A stretch of 64,000 bases of DNA from an uncultured Nitrospiraceae bacterium (GCA_963706325.1 CAVPLT010000007.1:544001-608000); one strand, 5' to 3'. Counted from the first letter of the stretch, positions 52,820-61,943 are shown. Program-made: numbers and translations. The notes: a model not told the origin generated them from the sequence alone.

Positions 52820-54355
52820 ATGGCGTATCGACATCCGCGTAGTAAGGTGCTGTCCGTACTCGCAGTGATCACGATGGTTGCTGCCATCTTCTTAGTCGGC
52901 GGCATCCAGGCCGACTATCAGGCTGAGGCGGCAGGTGTGCCCCCGGCGTTTGCCCAAGGGTTTTCGGAGATCGTGAAGGCGGTTACGCCTGCCGTTGTCA
53001 ACATTGCGGTGACCGGCGGAGGAGAGAGCCGTCGTGAAGGCCGTCGTCAAATTCCTCCCGGCGGCCCATTCGGTGGTCCACCTCCCGCTCCTGGTGACGA
53101 GCCACCAGGCATGGAACCACCGGGCCCTCCCGGAGCGCCTCCTGGCCCCCCGGGTGGAGGCCCGCATCGTCCGGACCAAAGTGCCGGATCGGGCGTGGTT
53201 CTTGATTCTAACGGATATATTGTCACGAACAACCACGTGGTCGAAGGCGCCACACAAATCACGGTGACGCTGTCGGATCGCCGTGAATTTCCGGCCAAGA
53301 TCGTCGGCACAGATCCCAAGACGGATTTGGCCATTATCAAGATTGAAGCGAAAGATCTCACTGCCATGAAGTGGGCGGATTATGACGAGCTTCAGGTGGG
53401 CGATGTGGTGTTAGCCGTGGGGAGCCCGTTCGGGCTTAGTTCCACCGTTACTCTCGGTATCATCAGCGCTTTGGGACGAGGAAATGTGGGCATTGCCGAT
53501 TATGAAGATTTTATTCAGACTGATGCGGCGATCAACCCGGGCAATTCAGGCGGCGCCTTGGTCAATATGCAGGGCAAGCTCATCGGCATCAACACCGCCA
53601 TTTTCTCCAGAACCGGCGGGTCTGAAGGGATCGGCTTCGCAATTCCGAGCAGCATCGCCACGGACATTGTCGAAAGCTTGACCAAGACCGGCAAAGTGGT
53701 GCGGGGATGGATGGGTGTGGCCATTCAGGAAATCACCCCAGCGTTAGCCAAGTCCTTCAAGCTTCCGGAGGAGCGTAAAGGTGTGTTGATCAGTGATGTG
53801 AACGAGAATGGCCCCTCCCACTCGGCAGGAATGCGGCGCGGAGATGTAGTGGTTGCGTTCAACGGAAAAGAAGTCCAGAGCGTCAGCCAGTTGCGGAATC
53901 TCGTGGCTCGCACCACAGTGGGAAAGGATGCAGACATCAAGATATTGCGCGAGGGAAAAGAGCAGGTATTGAAAGTCAAGGTGGCGGAACGGCCGTCGGA
54001 TGAATTGCTCGCCAAGCGGGACCCCGGTCCTGCCAGCGCCCCGACTGAGACCGTGAAGCCGCCGGACAATGTTCTCGCGTCCTTGCGCGTGCAGATGCTG
54101 GATGCGGCGATGCAGAGTCAATTGAACATTCCTTCGAAAACCACTGGGGTGGTAGTCAATTCCGTGGAGACGGGCAGCGCGGCCGAGTCCGCTGGGCTGC
54201 AGCGTGGTGACGTGATCCAAGAGGTCAACCATGAGGTAATCAAAAGCTTGGAGGATTACCAGAAGGCTTCTGCGAAGGTGAAAAAGGATGAAATGGTGGT
54301 GCTCTTGCTGAACCGGCAAGGGAACAATCTGTTCGTCGCCGTCAACCCAAAGTAA
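52820..54355 (+). CDS. HtrA/DegP/DegQ family serine endoprotease with two PDZ domains
   Basis: TNNHV, TDLA, IQTDAAINPGNSGG catalytic triad; GGAGGAG RBS; Pro/Gly-rich insert. Confidence 0.93.
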   Translation: MAYRHPRSKVLSVLAVITMVAAIFLVGGIQADYQAEAAGVPPAFAQGFSEIVKAVTPAVVNIAVTGGGESRREGRRQIPPGGPFGGPPPAPGDEPPGMEPPGPPGAPPGPPGGGPHRPDQSAGSGVVLDSNGYIVTNNHVVEGATQITVTLSDRREFPAKIVGTDPKTDLAIIKIEAKDLTAMKWADYDELQVGDVVLAVGSPFGLSSTVTLGIISALGRGNVGIADYEDFIQTDAAINPGNSGGALVNMQGKLIGINTAIFSRTGGSEGIGFAIPSSIATDIVESLTKTGKVVRGWMGVAIQEITPALAKSFKLPEERKGVLISDVNENGPSHSAGMRRGDVVVAFNGKEVQSVSQLRNLVARTTVGKDADIKILREGKEQVLKVKVAERPSDELLAKRDPGPASAPTETVKPPDNVLASLRVQMLDAAMQSQLNIPSKTTGVVVNSVETGSAAESAGLQRGDVIQEVNHEVIKSLEDYQKASAKVKKDEMVVLLLNRQGNNLFVAVNPK

Positions 54356-54436
54356 GACGTTGGTGAGGGCGGACTGTGTTGAGATGAAACAATGACCGTC
54401 CACCAGGTAGCCGACTCACTGGTTTCGTGAATACTC

Positions 54437-55384
54437 ATGGCTGACGGGTTCAAGTTCCAAGAGTGGCTGCAAGACACGATCTTTAAGCCGCTCGAAGATA
54501 AAAAAATGCCGGTCATGGAGCACTTGGTGGAGCTCCAGGTCCGGCTGACTCGGGCTGTCATCGTGACGGCTGTAATTTTTATCGGCACGTTCTTTTACGC
54601 CGACCTGCTGGTGAAGTGGATCCGGGTACCCTTACAGAACATGTTCGTGCCCGGATCCCTTTCCTGGATGCCGACAGATCTCCCGACCGTACCCTTTGTG
54701 TTCCTCGCGCCCGCCGAAGCTCTGTGGCAAAACGTAAAAGTCGCAGGGCTGTTTGCCCTCGTCTTGGGAACTCCTTATATCCTAGTGGAGTTCTGGCATT
54801 TCGTCGTTCCGGGGTTACATGCGCAGGAGCGGAGATTCGTCGGTCCGTTTGTCATTTTGAGCACCTTGGCCTTTTACCTCGGCCTCTTGTTTTCATTTTT
54901 CTTTGTCCTGCCTTTTGCGCTGAACTTCTTAATTTCCTATGGCGTGAATGCAGGTTTCATCCCCCAATTGTCGATTGCACAGTATGTCGGATTCGCGCTC
55001 TGGTTTCTCCTGGTGTTCGGCCTCATCTTCGAAGTCCCGTTGGTCATCACGCTGCTTGCCAAACTGGGATGGGTAGATGCCCCGCTGCTGAAGCGTTATC
55101 GGAAGTGGGCCTTCCTGGCGGCATTTATTTTCGCCGCTATCCTGACGCCGACGCCGGATCCTTTCAATCAGTGCCTGATGGCGCTCCCTATGTATATTTT
55201 TTATGAAGTGGGGATCGTGAGCGCAGGGATTTTCAATAAGAAAAAAATTGCCGCTCCTGAGGAAGCGCTTGTGCCCGTTGTGGCTGGGGTGGGTCCTACT
55301 GTCGGCAAACCTGGGCCATCCGTCCCGTCTTCTGGTGGTGGTGACAATGAATATGTCGGTGTGCCGACCGGCCGCCGAGGGTAG
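54437..55384 (+). CDS. tatC: Twin-arginine translocase subunit TatC
   Basis: MPVMEHLVEL..RL, FVVPGL...ERRF, GLIFEVP, AAILTPTPD. Confidence 0.93.
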   Translation: MADGFKFQEWLQDTIFKPLEDKKMPVMEHLVELQVRLTRAVIVTAVIFIGTFFYADLLVKWIRVPLQNMFVPGSLSWMPTDLPTVPFVFLAPAEALWQNVKVAGLFALVLGTPYILVEFWHFVVPGLHAQERRFVGPFVILSTLAFYLGLLFSFFFVLPFALNFLISYGVNAGFIPQLSIAQYVGFALWFLLVFGLIFEVPLVITLLAKLGWVDAPLLKRYRKWAFLAAFIFAAILTPTPDPFNQCLMALPMYIFYEVGIVSAGIFNKKKIAAPEEALVPVVAGVGPTVGKPGPSVPSSGGGDNEYVGVPTGRRG

Positions 55385-55465
55385 TGCTGAGAGGAGTCCG
55401 GGAGACGACGAGACAAGCTCATCGTTTCACCCCCTGTCGATTTACGCTTTACGAGGAGTCTTAGG

Positions 55466-56422
55466 ATGCCACGCGAGTTAAATGTTATCTCACAGCCTGG
55501 TTCCAGCAGTGGCGGGGATGCTTGCACGTACATGTGGGCCTGCGCCATTTGCGACGAAAATGAAACCTGCCAGAAAGACAAGGAAGGCCACAGCCGCTGG
55601 CTCGTCGCCAAACGCATGGAGCGGATTGAATACAAAGTCTTGGTGATGAGCAATAAGGGTGGAGTGGGCAAGAGCACCTGCACCACCAACTTAGCCGTCA
55701 GCCTGGCGCTCAAAGGGTGGCATGTCGGAATTTGCGATATGGACATCCATGGTCCCAACATTCCGAAGATGGTGGGCGCGGAAGGTCAGAAGTTGAAGAT
55801 CAGCACATCGGGCGGAATTATTCCTCACCAGGCCTATAACATGAAGATCGCCTCGATGTCGTTCCTGCTCCAGAATTCTGACGATCCGATTATTTGGCGG
55901 GATGCCTATAAGTATGAGTTCATCAATCAGCTGCTGGGAGGAGTGGAATGGCAGGATCTCAATTTCTTGCTGATCGATCTTCCTCCCGGCACCGGCAATG
56001 AGTCGGTGACGACTATCGATCTTTTAGGTGGTGTCAGCGGGGCCGTGATCATTACGACGCCACAAGAAGTGGCGCTGCTCGATTCTCGCAAGTCTGTGAC
56101 CTTTTGCAAGGACAGCGAAGTGCCGATTATCGGCATCGTTGAAAATATGAGCGGATTGGAATGCCCTCACTGCCACAAGGAAGTAAATGTGTTCCGCAAA
56201 GGCGGTGGCGAAGCCTCGGCGGTGGATATGGGCGTTCCATTCCTGGGCCGAATTCCATTGGATCCCGATGTGGTGACGCAGAGCGATGCCGGAGAACCGT
56301 TTGCCCTCTTCAATTCCGATTCGGCCACGGCTCAGGCCTATCATGACATCGCCAACCAAGTCGAAACGTTCTGCAAGAAGAGCGGGTCGCTGATCAAGGT
56401 GGCCCCACGTCAGCAACATTGA
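55466..56422 (+). CDS. mrp: Mrp/ApbC/NBP35 family Fe-S cluster carrier ATPase
   Basis: SNKGGVGKST, D.DIHGPN, IDLPPGTG, TTPQ, ENMS...CPHC; N-terminal 4-Cys motif. Confidence 0.92.
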   Translation: MPRELNVISQPGSSSGGDACTYMWACAICDENETCQKDKEGHSRWLVAKRMERIEYKVLVMSNKGGVGKSTCTTNLAVSLALKGWHVGICDMDIHGPNIPKMVGAEGQKLKISTSGGIIPHQAYNMKIASMSFLLQNSDDPIIWRDAYKYEFINQLLGGVEWQDLNFLLIDLPPGTGNESVTTIDLLGGVSGAVIITTPQEVALLDSRKSVTFCKDSEVPIIGIVENMSGLECPHCHKEVNVFRKGGGEASAVDMGVPFLGRIPLDPDVVTQSDAGEPFALFNSDSATAQAYHDIANQVETFCKKSGSLIKVAPRQQH

Positions 56423-57735
56423 TGGGAGAGTTATTGGTGAAAGCCGCCGATGCGACCACGGGTTTGACTCCGCTTCACAAAGCGCAACAGATCGTGCTGG
56501 ACGCTGCTGCTCCGTTGGGTCTTGAAAAGGTCTCGATTCTGGATACGCTGGGCCGCGTGCTCGGAGAGGATATCGTGGCGGAACGTTCGAATCCGCCATG
56601 GGACAATTCTGCGATGGACGGTTTTGCCGTGCGTGCGGAGGACATCACCCAAGAACACGCAATCTCAAAGCCGGTGACATTGACGGTCGTTGAAGATGTG
56701 CCGGCTGGGAAGATGCCGACCAAGTCCGTCGGGCCGGGGCAAGCTATCCGAATCATGACCGGTGCGCCGATTCCCAATGGGGCGGATACGGTCATCAAGG
56801 TTGAAGACACCGAACATACACCCGATTCGGTGCGTGTCTTTAAAGCGGAGCCTCGCGGGTCGAATATCCGGCCCCAGGGGGAGGACGTTAAAAAAGGCGA
56901 CTGCATCATTCCCAAAGGCACGCAGATCCGATCCGGCGAAGCGGGGATGCTGGCCATTCTGGCGAAATCATTCGTGCTGGTGTATCAACGTCCACGGGTG
57001 GCTATTTTATCGACCGGGGACGAGCTTGCCGATCTGGATGAGCGCTTCAGCGACGAAAAGATCATCAATTCGAACAGCTATGGCATTGCCGCGGCGGTGC
57101 AGGAGGCCGGAGGCATCCCAATTCTGCTGGGAATCGCGCGTGACACACCCGCCGCGCTGAAAGAGAAAATTTCCCACGGGCTGAACGCCGACATCCTCGT
57201 GCTGTCGGGCGGGGTCTCGATGGGTGACTATGATTTTACGAAGGCGGTCTTCCGGGATTTGGGCGCAGAGATGAATTTCTGGAAGTTGGCTATCCGGCCC
57301 GGGCAGCCGCTCGCGTTCGGAAAAATCCAAGGGAAGCCTGCCTTCGGATTGCCTGGGAATCCCGTCTCCTCGATGGTGACGTTCGAACAGTTGGTTCGCC
57401 CTGCCATGTTGAAGATGGCGGGACTGCGGGGATTTGGGCGACCGCTCGTTGAGGCGCTGTTCCAGGATACATTTTCAAAACGGACGGATCGCCGCCACTT
57501 TCTTCGCGGCGTCTTGTGGCGGGAAGGCGGGGTCTTCAAGGTACGGACCACCGGTGACCAAGGATCCGGGATTTTGACCTCCATGGTGAAGGCCAACTGT
57601 CTCATCGATCTTCCTGTTGAGGTGGAACGGGTGAACCCCGGCGATCCAGTCACCGTTCAATTATTGAGTGGTTCGGTGTGGATGGAACAGGCGGCAGCGC
57701 CGCCATCGGCAGACGCTCGTCCCTCGTGCTGTTGA
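56422..57735 (+). CDS. moeA: Molybdopterin molybdotransferase
   Basis: SAMDGFA, IMTGAP.P.GAD, STGDEL, SGGVS.GDYD, PGNPVS. Confidence 0.95.
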   Translation: MGELLVKAADATTGLTPLHKAQQIVLDAAAPLGLEKVSILDTLGRVLGEDIVAERSNPPWDNSAMDGFAVRAEDITQEHAISKPVTLTVVEDVPAGKMPTKSVGPGQAIRIMTGAPIPNGADTVIKVEDTEHTPDSVRVFKAEPRGSNIRPQGEDVKKGDCIIPKGTQIRSGEAGMLAILAKSFVLVYQRPRVAILSTGDELADLDERFSDEKIINSNSYGIAAAVQEAGGIPILLGIARDTPAALKEKISHGLNADILVLSGGVSMGDYDFTKAVFRDLGAEMNFWKLAIRPGQPLAFGKIQGKPAFGLPGNPVSSMVTFEQLVRPAMLKMAGLRGFGRPLVEALFQDTFSKRTDRRHFLRGVLWREGGVFKVRTTGDQGSGILTSMVKANCLIDLPVEVERVNPGDPVTVQLLSGSVWMEQAAAPPSADARPSCC

Positions 57736-57756
57736 ACCGCGAAAGGACCTCTCTTC

Positions 57757-58266
57757 ATGGCCGTCCCTATTCTGGCGTTTGTCGGACGATCAAACAGCGG
57801 GAAGACGACGCTCATCGAGCGGGTGATCCCTGAATTAGTTCGGGCGGGATACAAGGTGGCGACGGTCAAACACGCCGGCCATGGATTCGATTTGGACACC
57901 GAGGGAAAGGATAGCTGGCGACACAAGCAGGCGGGGGCCGGCGCGGTCGTCATCATTTCGAAAAGCAGCCTCGCGATGTTCGCCGATGTGTCCGATCATA
58001 TGAATGTCGAGGAGGTGCGTGAGCAGTATCTCGATGCCTCCTATGATCTGATTCTTGCCGAGGGCTGGCGAAGTGAGGGATATCCTAAGATCGTGGTAGT
58101 ACGGGACCAAATCGGCGAGGTCCCTGTCTCGCAAGATGGCCTGCTCGCGGTGGTGTCCAACAAGCCGGTCGAAACATCGGTGCCGCTGCTCGATCCCGAT
58201 GATGTCTCAGGCGTCGCCGCCTTGATCATTCGGCATTTCCCCAAACTCGAACGGGACGATGCGTAG
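57757..58266 (+). CDS. mobB: Molybdopterin-guanine dinucleotide biosynthesis protein B
   Basis: G.SNSGKTTL, VKH..H.FD.D..GKDSWRH..AGA, EG. Confidence 0.93.
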   Translation: MAVPILAFVGRSNSGKTTLIERVIPELVRAGYKVATVKHAGHGFDLDTEGKDSWRHKQAGAGAVVIISKSSLAMFADVSDHMNVEEVREQYLDASYDLILAEGWRSEGYPKIVVVRDQIGEVPVSQDGLLAVVSNKPVETSVPLLDPDDVSGVAALIIRHFPKLERDDA

Positions 58267-58963
58267 AGTTTCCGCCATTGTGATCGGAGCGATTGTGGCC
58301 GGCGCAGTGGCTGTTGGGGGAGTGGCGGTTCCTCTCACCAATCACCCGAAGTTCTGCGCCAGCTGTCATACCATCAAACCGGCTTACGAGAGCTGGCTCC
58401 AATCGTCCCACAAAGAGGTTGAGTGTGTGGCCTGTCACGTCAGGCCAGGCGTCGTTGGTTGGTTGCACGATAAGGCCTGGCATGGAACGAGAGATGTGGC
58501 CATTACCCTTTTTGGCACGCCGACGGAGCCACATAATCTGCAGGCGCAAGTTGATTCGGCTGTATGCCTCGGTTGTCACCGCAACATTTTGCGCCTGTCC
58601 GAAATTGCTGCTCGGGATCTGCCCCCGCCGGTGAAAGACGTGGGATTGATCATGAACCATCGCAAACACATGGAGGCGTTCGGCGCGCGAGGACAAGGCG
58701 AGGGTTGCACGACTTGTCATGCAGCAGTCGTCCATGAACACCCGATCAAGGGCTACCCGATCGTCATTCCCCGCGGGCACGTCTCGGCCGATAGTCGGCC
58801 GTGGAAACCGGAGCATCCTGAGGGCTCTGCGCTGCATAAGCGCGCCATGGCAGACTGTTTTCGCTGCCACGACAATAGAACGGAATACAATGGCAAGGTG
58901 CTCAGCCGGAAGTGCGACACATGCCATGTGCCTGAGAAGCTCGCAGAGTTCTTGTCGTTTTAA
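58259..58963 (+). CDS. Membrane-anchored hexaheme c-type cytochrome (NapC/NirT-like N-terminus)
   Basis: N-terminal TM; six CxxCH motifs: CASCH, CVACH, CLGCH, CTTCH, CFRCH, CDTCH. Confidence 0.88.
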   Translation: MRRVSAIVIGAIVAGAVAVGGVAVPLTNHPKFCASCHTIKPAYESWLQSSHKEVECVACHVRPGVVGWLHDKAWHGTRDVAITLFGTPTEPHNLQAQVDSAVCLGCHRNILRLSEIAARDLPPPVKDVGLIMNHRKHMEAFGARGQGEGCTTCHAAVVHEHPIKGYPIVIPRGHVSADSRPWKPEHPEGSALHKRAMADCFRCHDNRTEYNGKVLSRKCDTCHVPEKLAEFLSF

Positions 58964-58983
58964 TCTACGGGAAAGAGCGTCTC

Positions 58984-59712
58984 ATGTCTTCCGCGGTGGT
59001 CGAAGTCCGCAATCTGACCAAACGTTTCGGCGAGTTCACGGCGGTGGACGGCATCTCCTTCGATATCCGCCGAGGAGAGATCCTCGGTCTGCTGGGCCCC
59101 AATGGCGCCGGGAAGACGACGACCTTTCAAATGATGCTCGGGTTGGTCACGCCGACCTCGGGCTCGATCCACATGTTCGGATTAGACTTGCAGAGCCAGC
59201 GCGGGGCGATACTCCAGCAGGTGAATTTTTCCTCCACATATATTTCAATGCCCTATGCACTGACAGTGGAGGAGAACCTCACCGTCATAGGCCGTTTGTA
59301 CGGCTTATCGAATATTGCCGGCCGGATCAACGACATGGTCAAGAAATTGGAGATGGAAGAGTGGCGCCACAAACTCACACGCAAATTATCTTCCGGACAA
59401 ATGACCAGGCTGACCCTGGCGAAGGCGTTGCTGACGGAGCCTAAAGTGTTGTTTTTGGACGAGCCCACTGCCAGCCTCGACCCCGACATCGCGCACAAAA
59501 TTAGAGCGATCCTGTTGGAGGAACGGCGTGCAACCGGCCTCAGTATTCTCTACACCTCCCACAACATGCGGGAGATGGAGGAAATGTCCGATCGTATTAT
59601 CTTCCTGCAGCGTGGAAAAATTGTGGCCGAGGGCAAGGCCCAGGACATTGTCGCTCGGTTTGGGCAGGCCGATCTGGAAGACGTCTTCCTCAAGCTTGCC
59701 CGGGAGCAGTAA
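58984..59712 (+). CDS. ABC transporter ATP-binding protein (ABC-2/drug export type)
   Basis: GPNGAGKTT, LSSGQ, FLDEPT, SH. Confidence 0.93.
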   Translation: MSSAVVEVRNLTKRFGEFTAVDGISFDIRRGEILGLLGPNGAGKTTTFQMMLGLVTPTSGSIHMFGLDLQSQRGAILQQVNFSSTYISMPYALTVEENLTVIGRLYGLSNIAGRINDMVKKLEMEEWRHKLTRKLSSGQMTRLTLAKALLTEPKVLFLDEPTASLDPDIAHKIRAILLEERRATGLSILYTSHNMREMEEMSDRIIFLQRGKIVAEGKAQDIVARFGQADLEDVFLKLAREQ

Positions 59713-59750
59713 CGGTGATGATTTCATGTTGAAAAGGAGAACCGACCCTC

Positions 59751-60161
59751 ATGATTGACGCGGGATTGTCCTTCGGCGCCGGGCTGCTCATCGGTGGCTT
59801 CGGTCTCATGCTTCTGTGGGGCCTGTTGTGGCTGATCGTTGGGACCGTTGGGTTGGCGCGGCAGACGTGCAGCTGGGCGATTTTCCTCAGTAGTGTCAGC
59901 AGCAGTGTTATCGCGGCCTTGTCGATGTTGGTCATGGTGTGGTTCATTGATCAAGCGAGGTTGAGTAGTTTCGCCTTGCAGATAGGACTCCTGGGGGTAC
60001 CGCTCGGTCTGATGGGGGCGAGTTTCGGTCGGCTTGAAGATGGGCGCCGAATCGGTCCGGCTTTTGTCGAAGGGAGCCGCATGATGATGCATCAGCTCCT
60101 TGGTGTACAGCAGGAGGGATGCGGGCATTGCCACGAGAAACCCTGTGAAGAGCGCCTGTAG
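59751..60161 (+). CDS. Small membrane protein with a C-terminal CGHCHEKPC motif
   Basis: AGGAG RBS, about 3 TM segments, Cys/His tail; lies between the ABC ATPase and permease. Confidence 0.7.
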   Translation: MIDAGLSFGAGLLIGGFGLMLLWGLLWLIVGTVGLARQTCSWAIFLSSVSSSVIAALSMLVMVWFIDQARLSSFALQIGLLGVPLGLMGASFGRLEDGRRIGPAFVEGSRMMMHQLLGVQQEGCGHCHEKPCEERL

Positions 60162-60167
60162 CGGAAG

Positions 60168-60959
60168 ATGACCTATCATCGTATCGCAGCCCTGGTCATT
60201 CGGCATCTGTATCTCTACCGGCGCAGCTTGCCGCGGATGATGGAAATCATCTATTGGCCGTTTCTGGATTTGGTGGTGTGGGGATTCATCACGGTGTATT
60301 TGGCGACCTTTCAAGGCCAAATGCCCGCGCTTGTCACCTTTCTCCTGGGGGCGCTGATTCTGTGGGATGTGTTATTCCGATCGCAACAGGGCATCGCCAT
60401 TTCGTTTCTGGAGGAAATTTGGGCGCGCAACCTCATGAACCTGTTTGCCAGTCCGCTCAGGCCGAGCGAATTTCTCGCCGCCACTATGGTGATGAGTCTG
60501 TTCAAAGTGACCGCGGTGTCCATCGTGATGTCGGGGTGCGCCTGGTTCTTTTATGGATACAACGTTTTCATGCTCGGCCTGTGGCTCATACCGTTCATCG
60601 TGAATCTCGTGTTGACCGGATGGATCATCGGTGTGCTGACGACCTCGCTCATCATGCGGTTTGGACAGGAGGCCGAGGTGCTGGCCTGGAGTATGGTCTT
60701 TTTGTTTCAGCCGATTTCCTGCGTGTTCTACCCCATGGATGTCTTGCCGACGTGGTTGAAAGCGGCGGCATGGATGAATCCGGCAGCGCATGTGTTCGAA
60801 GGTATGCGGGGTCTTTTGGCCAATCACATGGCTCCCGTAGCCAGTCTCGGCTTAGCCACAGGGTTGAATTTCCTGTATCTCGTGGCAGTCATCGCCTGGT
60901 TTCATCATACGTTCAATGTGTGCAAGGACCGAGGATCGTTGGTGCGAGTGGGCGAGTAG
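60168..60959 (+). CDS. ABC-2 type transporter permease
   Basis: About 6 TM segments, EEIWARNL.NLF.SP, VFYP..VLP.WL...NP. Confidence 0.9.
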   Translation: MTYHRIAALVIRHLYLYRRSLPRMMEIIYWPFLDLVVWGFITVYLATFQGQMPALVTFLLGALILWDVLFRSQQGIAISFLEEIWARNLMNLFASPLRPSEFLAATMVMSLFKVTAVSIVMSGCAWFFYGYNVFMLGLWLIPFIVNLVLTGWIIGVLTTSLIMRFGQEAEVLAWSMVFLFQPISCVFYPMDVLPTWLKAAAWMNPAAHVFEGMRGLLANHMAPVASLGLATGLNFLYLVAVIAWFHHTFNVCKDRGSLVRVGE

Positions 60960-60995
60960 TCGAATGGGATCGCACCGCCCGATAGGGAAAAAGAT

Positions 60996-61685
60996 ATGAA
61001 GATCACCTCAGGGCACATCCAGCAATCGCGATCGGCAGCCGAGCTCGAGGGGTTCTCATTTCACCGGACGCCGGTCCTGGTCGTCGAAAACTTTTGGTCC
61101 GTCGAAGAACGCAGTCAGGTTCGAGCGGCGATGCAGCGTGCGAATTGGAATCAGCTACAAGATTTGTCCCATGTGCGGCAGGACTTTCCGAACTCCGGCA
61201 ACTGGGCGAAGGCCGAAATCGCTCAACCGCAAGGCCAGATACTGCTGAGCCGGTTGCAGATACCCTGCATTCATGAATACATAGAGTCTTTCCCCGACAT
61301 CACCGGCCGGCATTTGGGGTTCAGTTATTATTCCTATGGTGCCGGCGACTGCCTGCTCACCCACGATGATACGGATCAAGGTCACCCCGCCGGGGGAAAG
61401 CCCGCTCCCTTGCGACGTCTCGCACTGGTCACCTATTTTCATGAGGAATGGGAATGTGATTGGGGAGGGGAATTGATCATCTATGCGCCGTCGGGCACAC
61501 GCCAAGACGGCAAACCAGACCTAGCCATCACTCATTGCATTGCGCCGAAGCCAGGGTCGCTGGTCATGTTTACGGTGCCGCGGTTCCACCGCGTGTGCCG
61601 TGTGGACCATACGGCAGGGGATCATAAACGCCTTTCGATCGCCGGCTGGTTCATGACCCAACATCGCTCACCGACAATTTTCTGA
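60996..61685 (+). CDS. 2OG-Fe(II) oxygenase (prolyl hydroxylase-like)
   Basis: LLTHDD (HxD), W...WGGEL, FHRV, RLSIAGWF. Confidence 0.88.
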   Translation: MKITSGHIQQSRSAAELEGFSFHRTPVLVVENFWSVEERSQVRAAMQRANWNQLQDLSHVRQDFPNSGNWAKAEIAQPQGQILLSRLQIPCIHEYIESFPDITGRHLGFSYYSYGAGDCLLTHDDTDQGHPAGGKPAPLRRLALVTYFHEEWECDWGGELIIYAPSGTRQDGKPDLAITHCIAPKPGSLVMFTVPRFHRVCRVDHTAGDHKRLSIAGWFMTQHRSPTIF

Positions 61686-61724
61686 CAGGGGGCGCCGACC
61701 CAAGCCGCTGGCTCATTTGTCGGC

Positions 61725-61753
61725 TTGTATGACGAGTGAACGCGTGGTAGGAT
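61725..61753 (+). promoter_or_regulatory. Putative sigma-70 promoter of the RRM gene
   Basis: TTGTAT-N17-TAGGAT with a TG extension. Confidence 0.45.
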
Positions 61754-61943
61754 CCGCCCCGTCTCCCGCTGGGGCCTGGCGAGGGATGCGTTGAAATAGT
61801 TCAGGTCCACTGTCGATGTTGGCTTGCCCGAGGATCTAATCGAAAGCCAGACCCAAGTCGCCCGTTACGTCGCGTCTTTGGCCCGTCCTTTCCCTTTCTT
61901 TCCTTCGTTCAAGACAATATCATTACCCAAGAGGAGGACCCGT

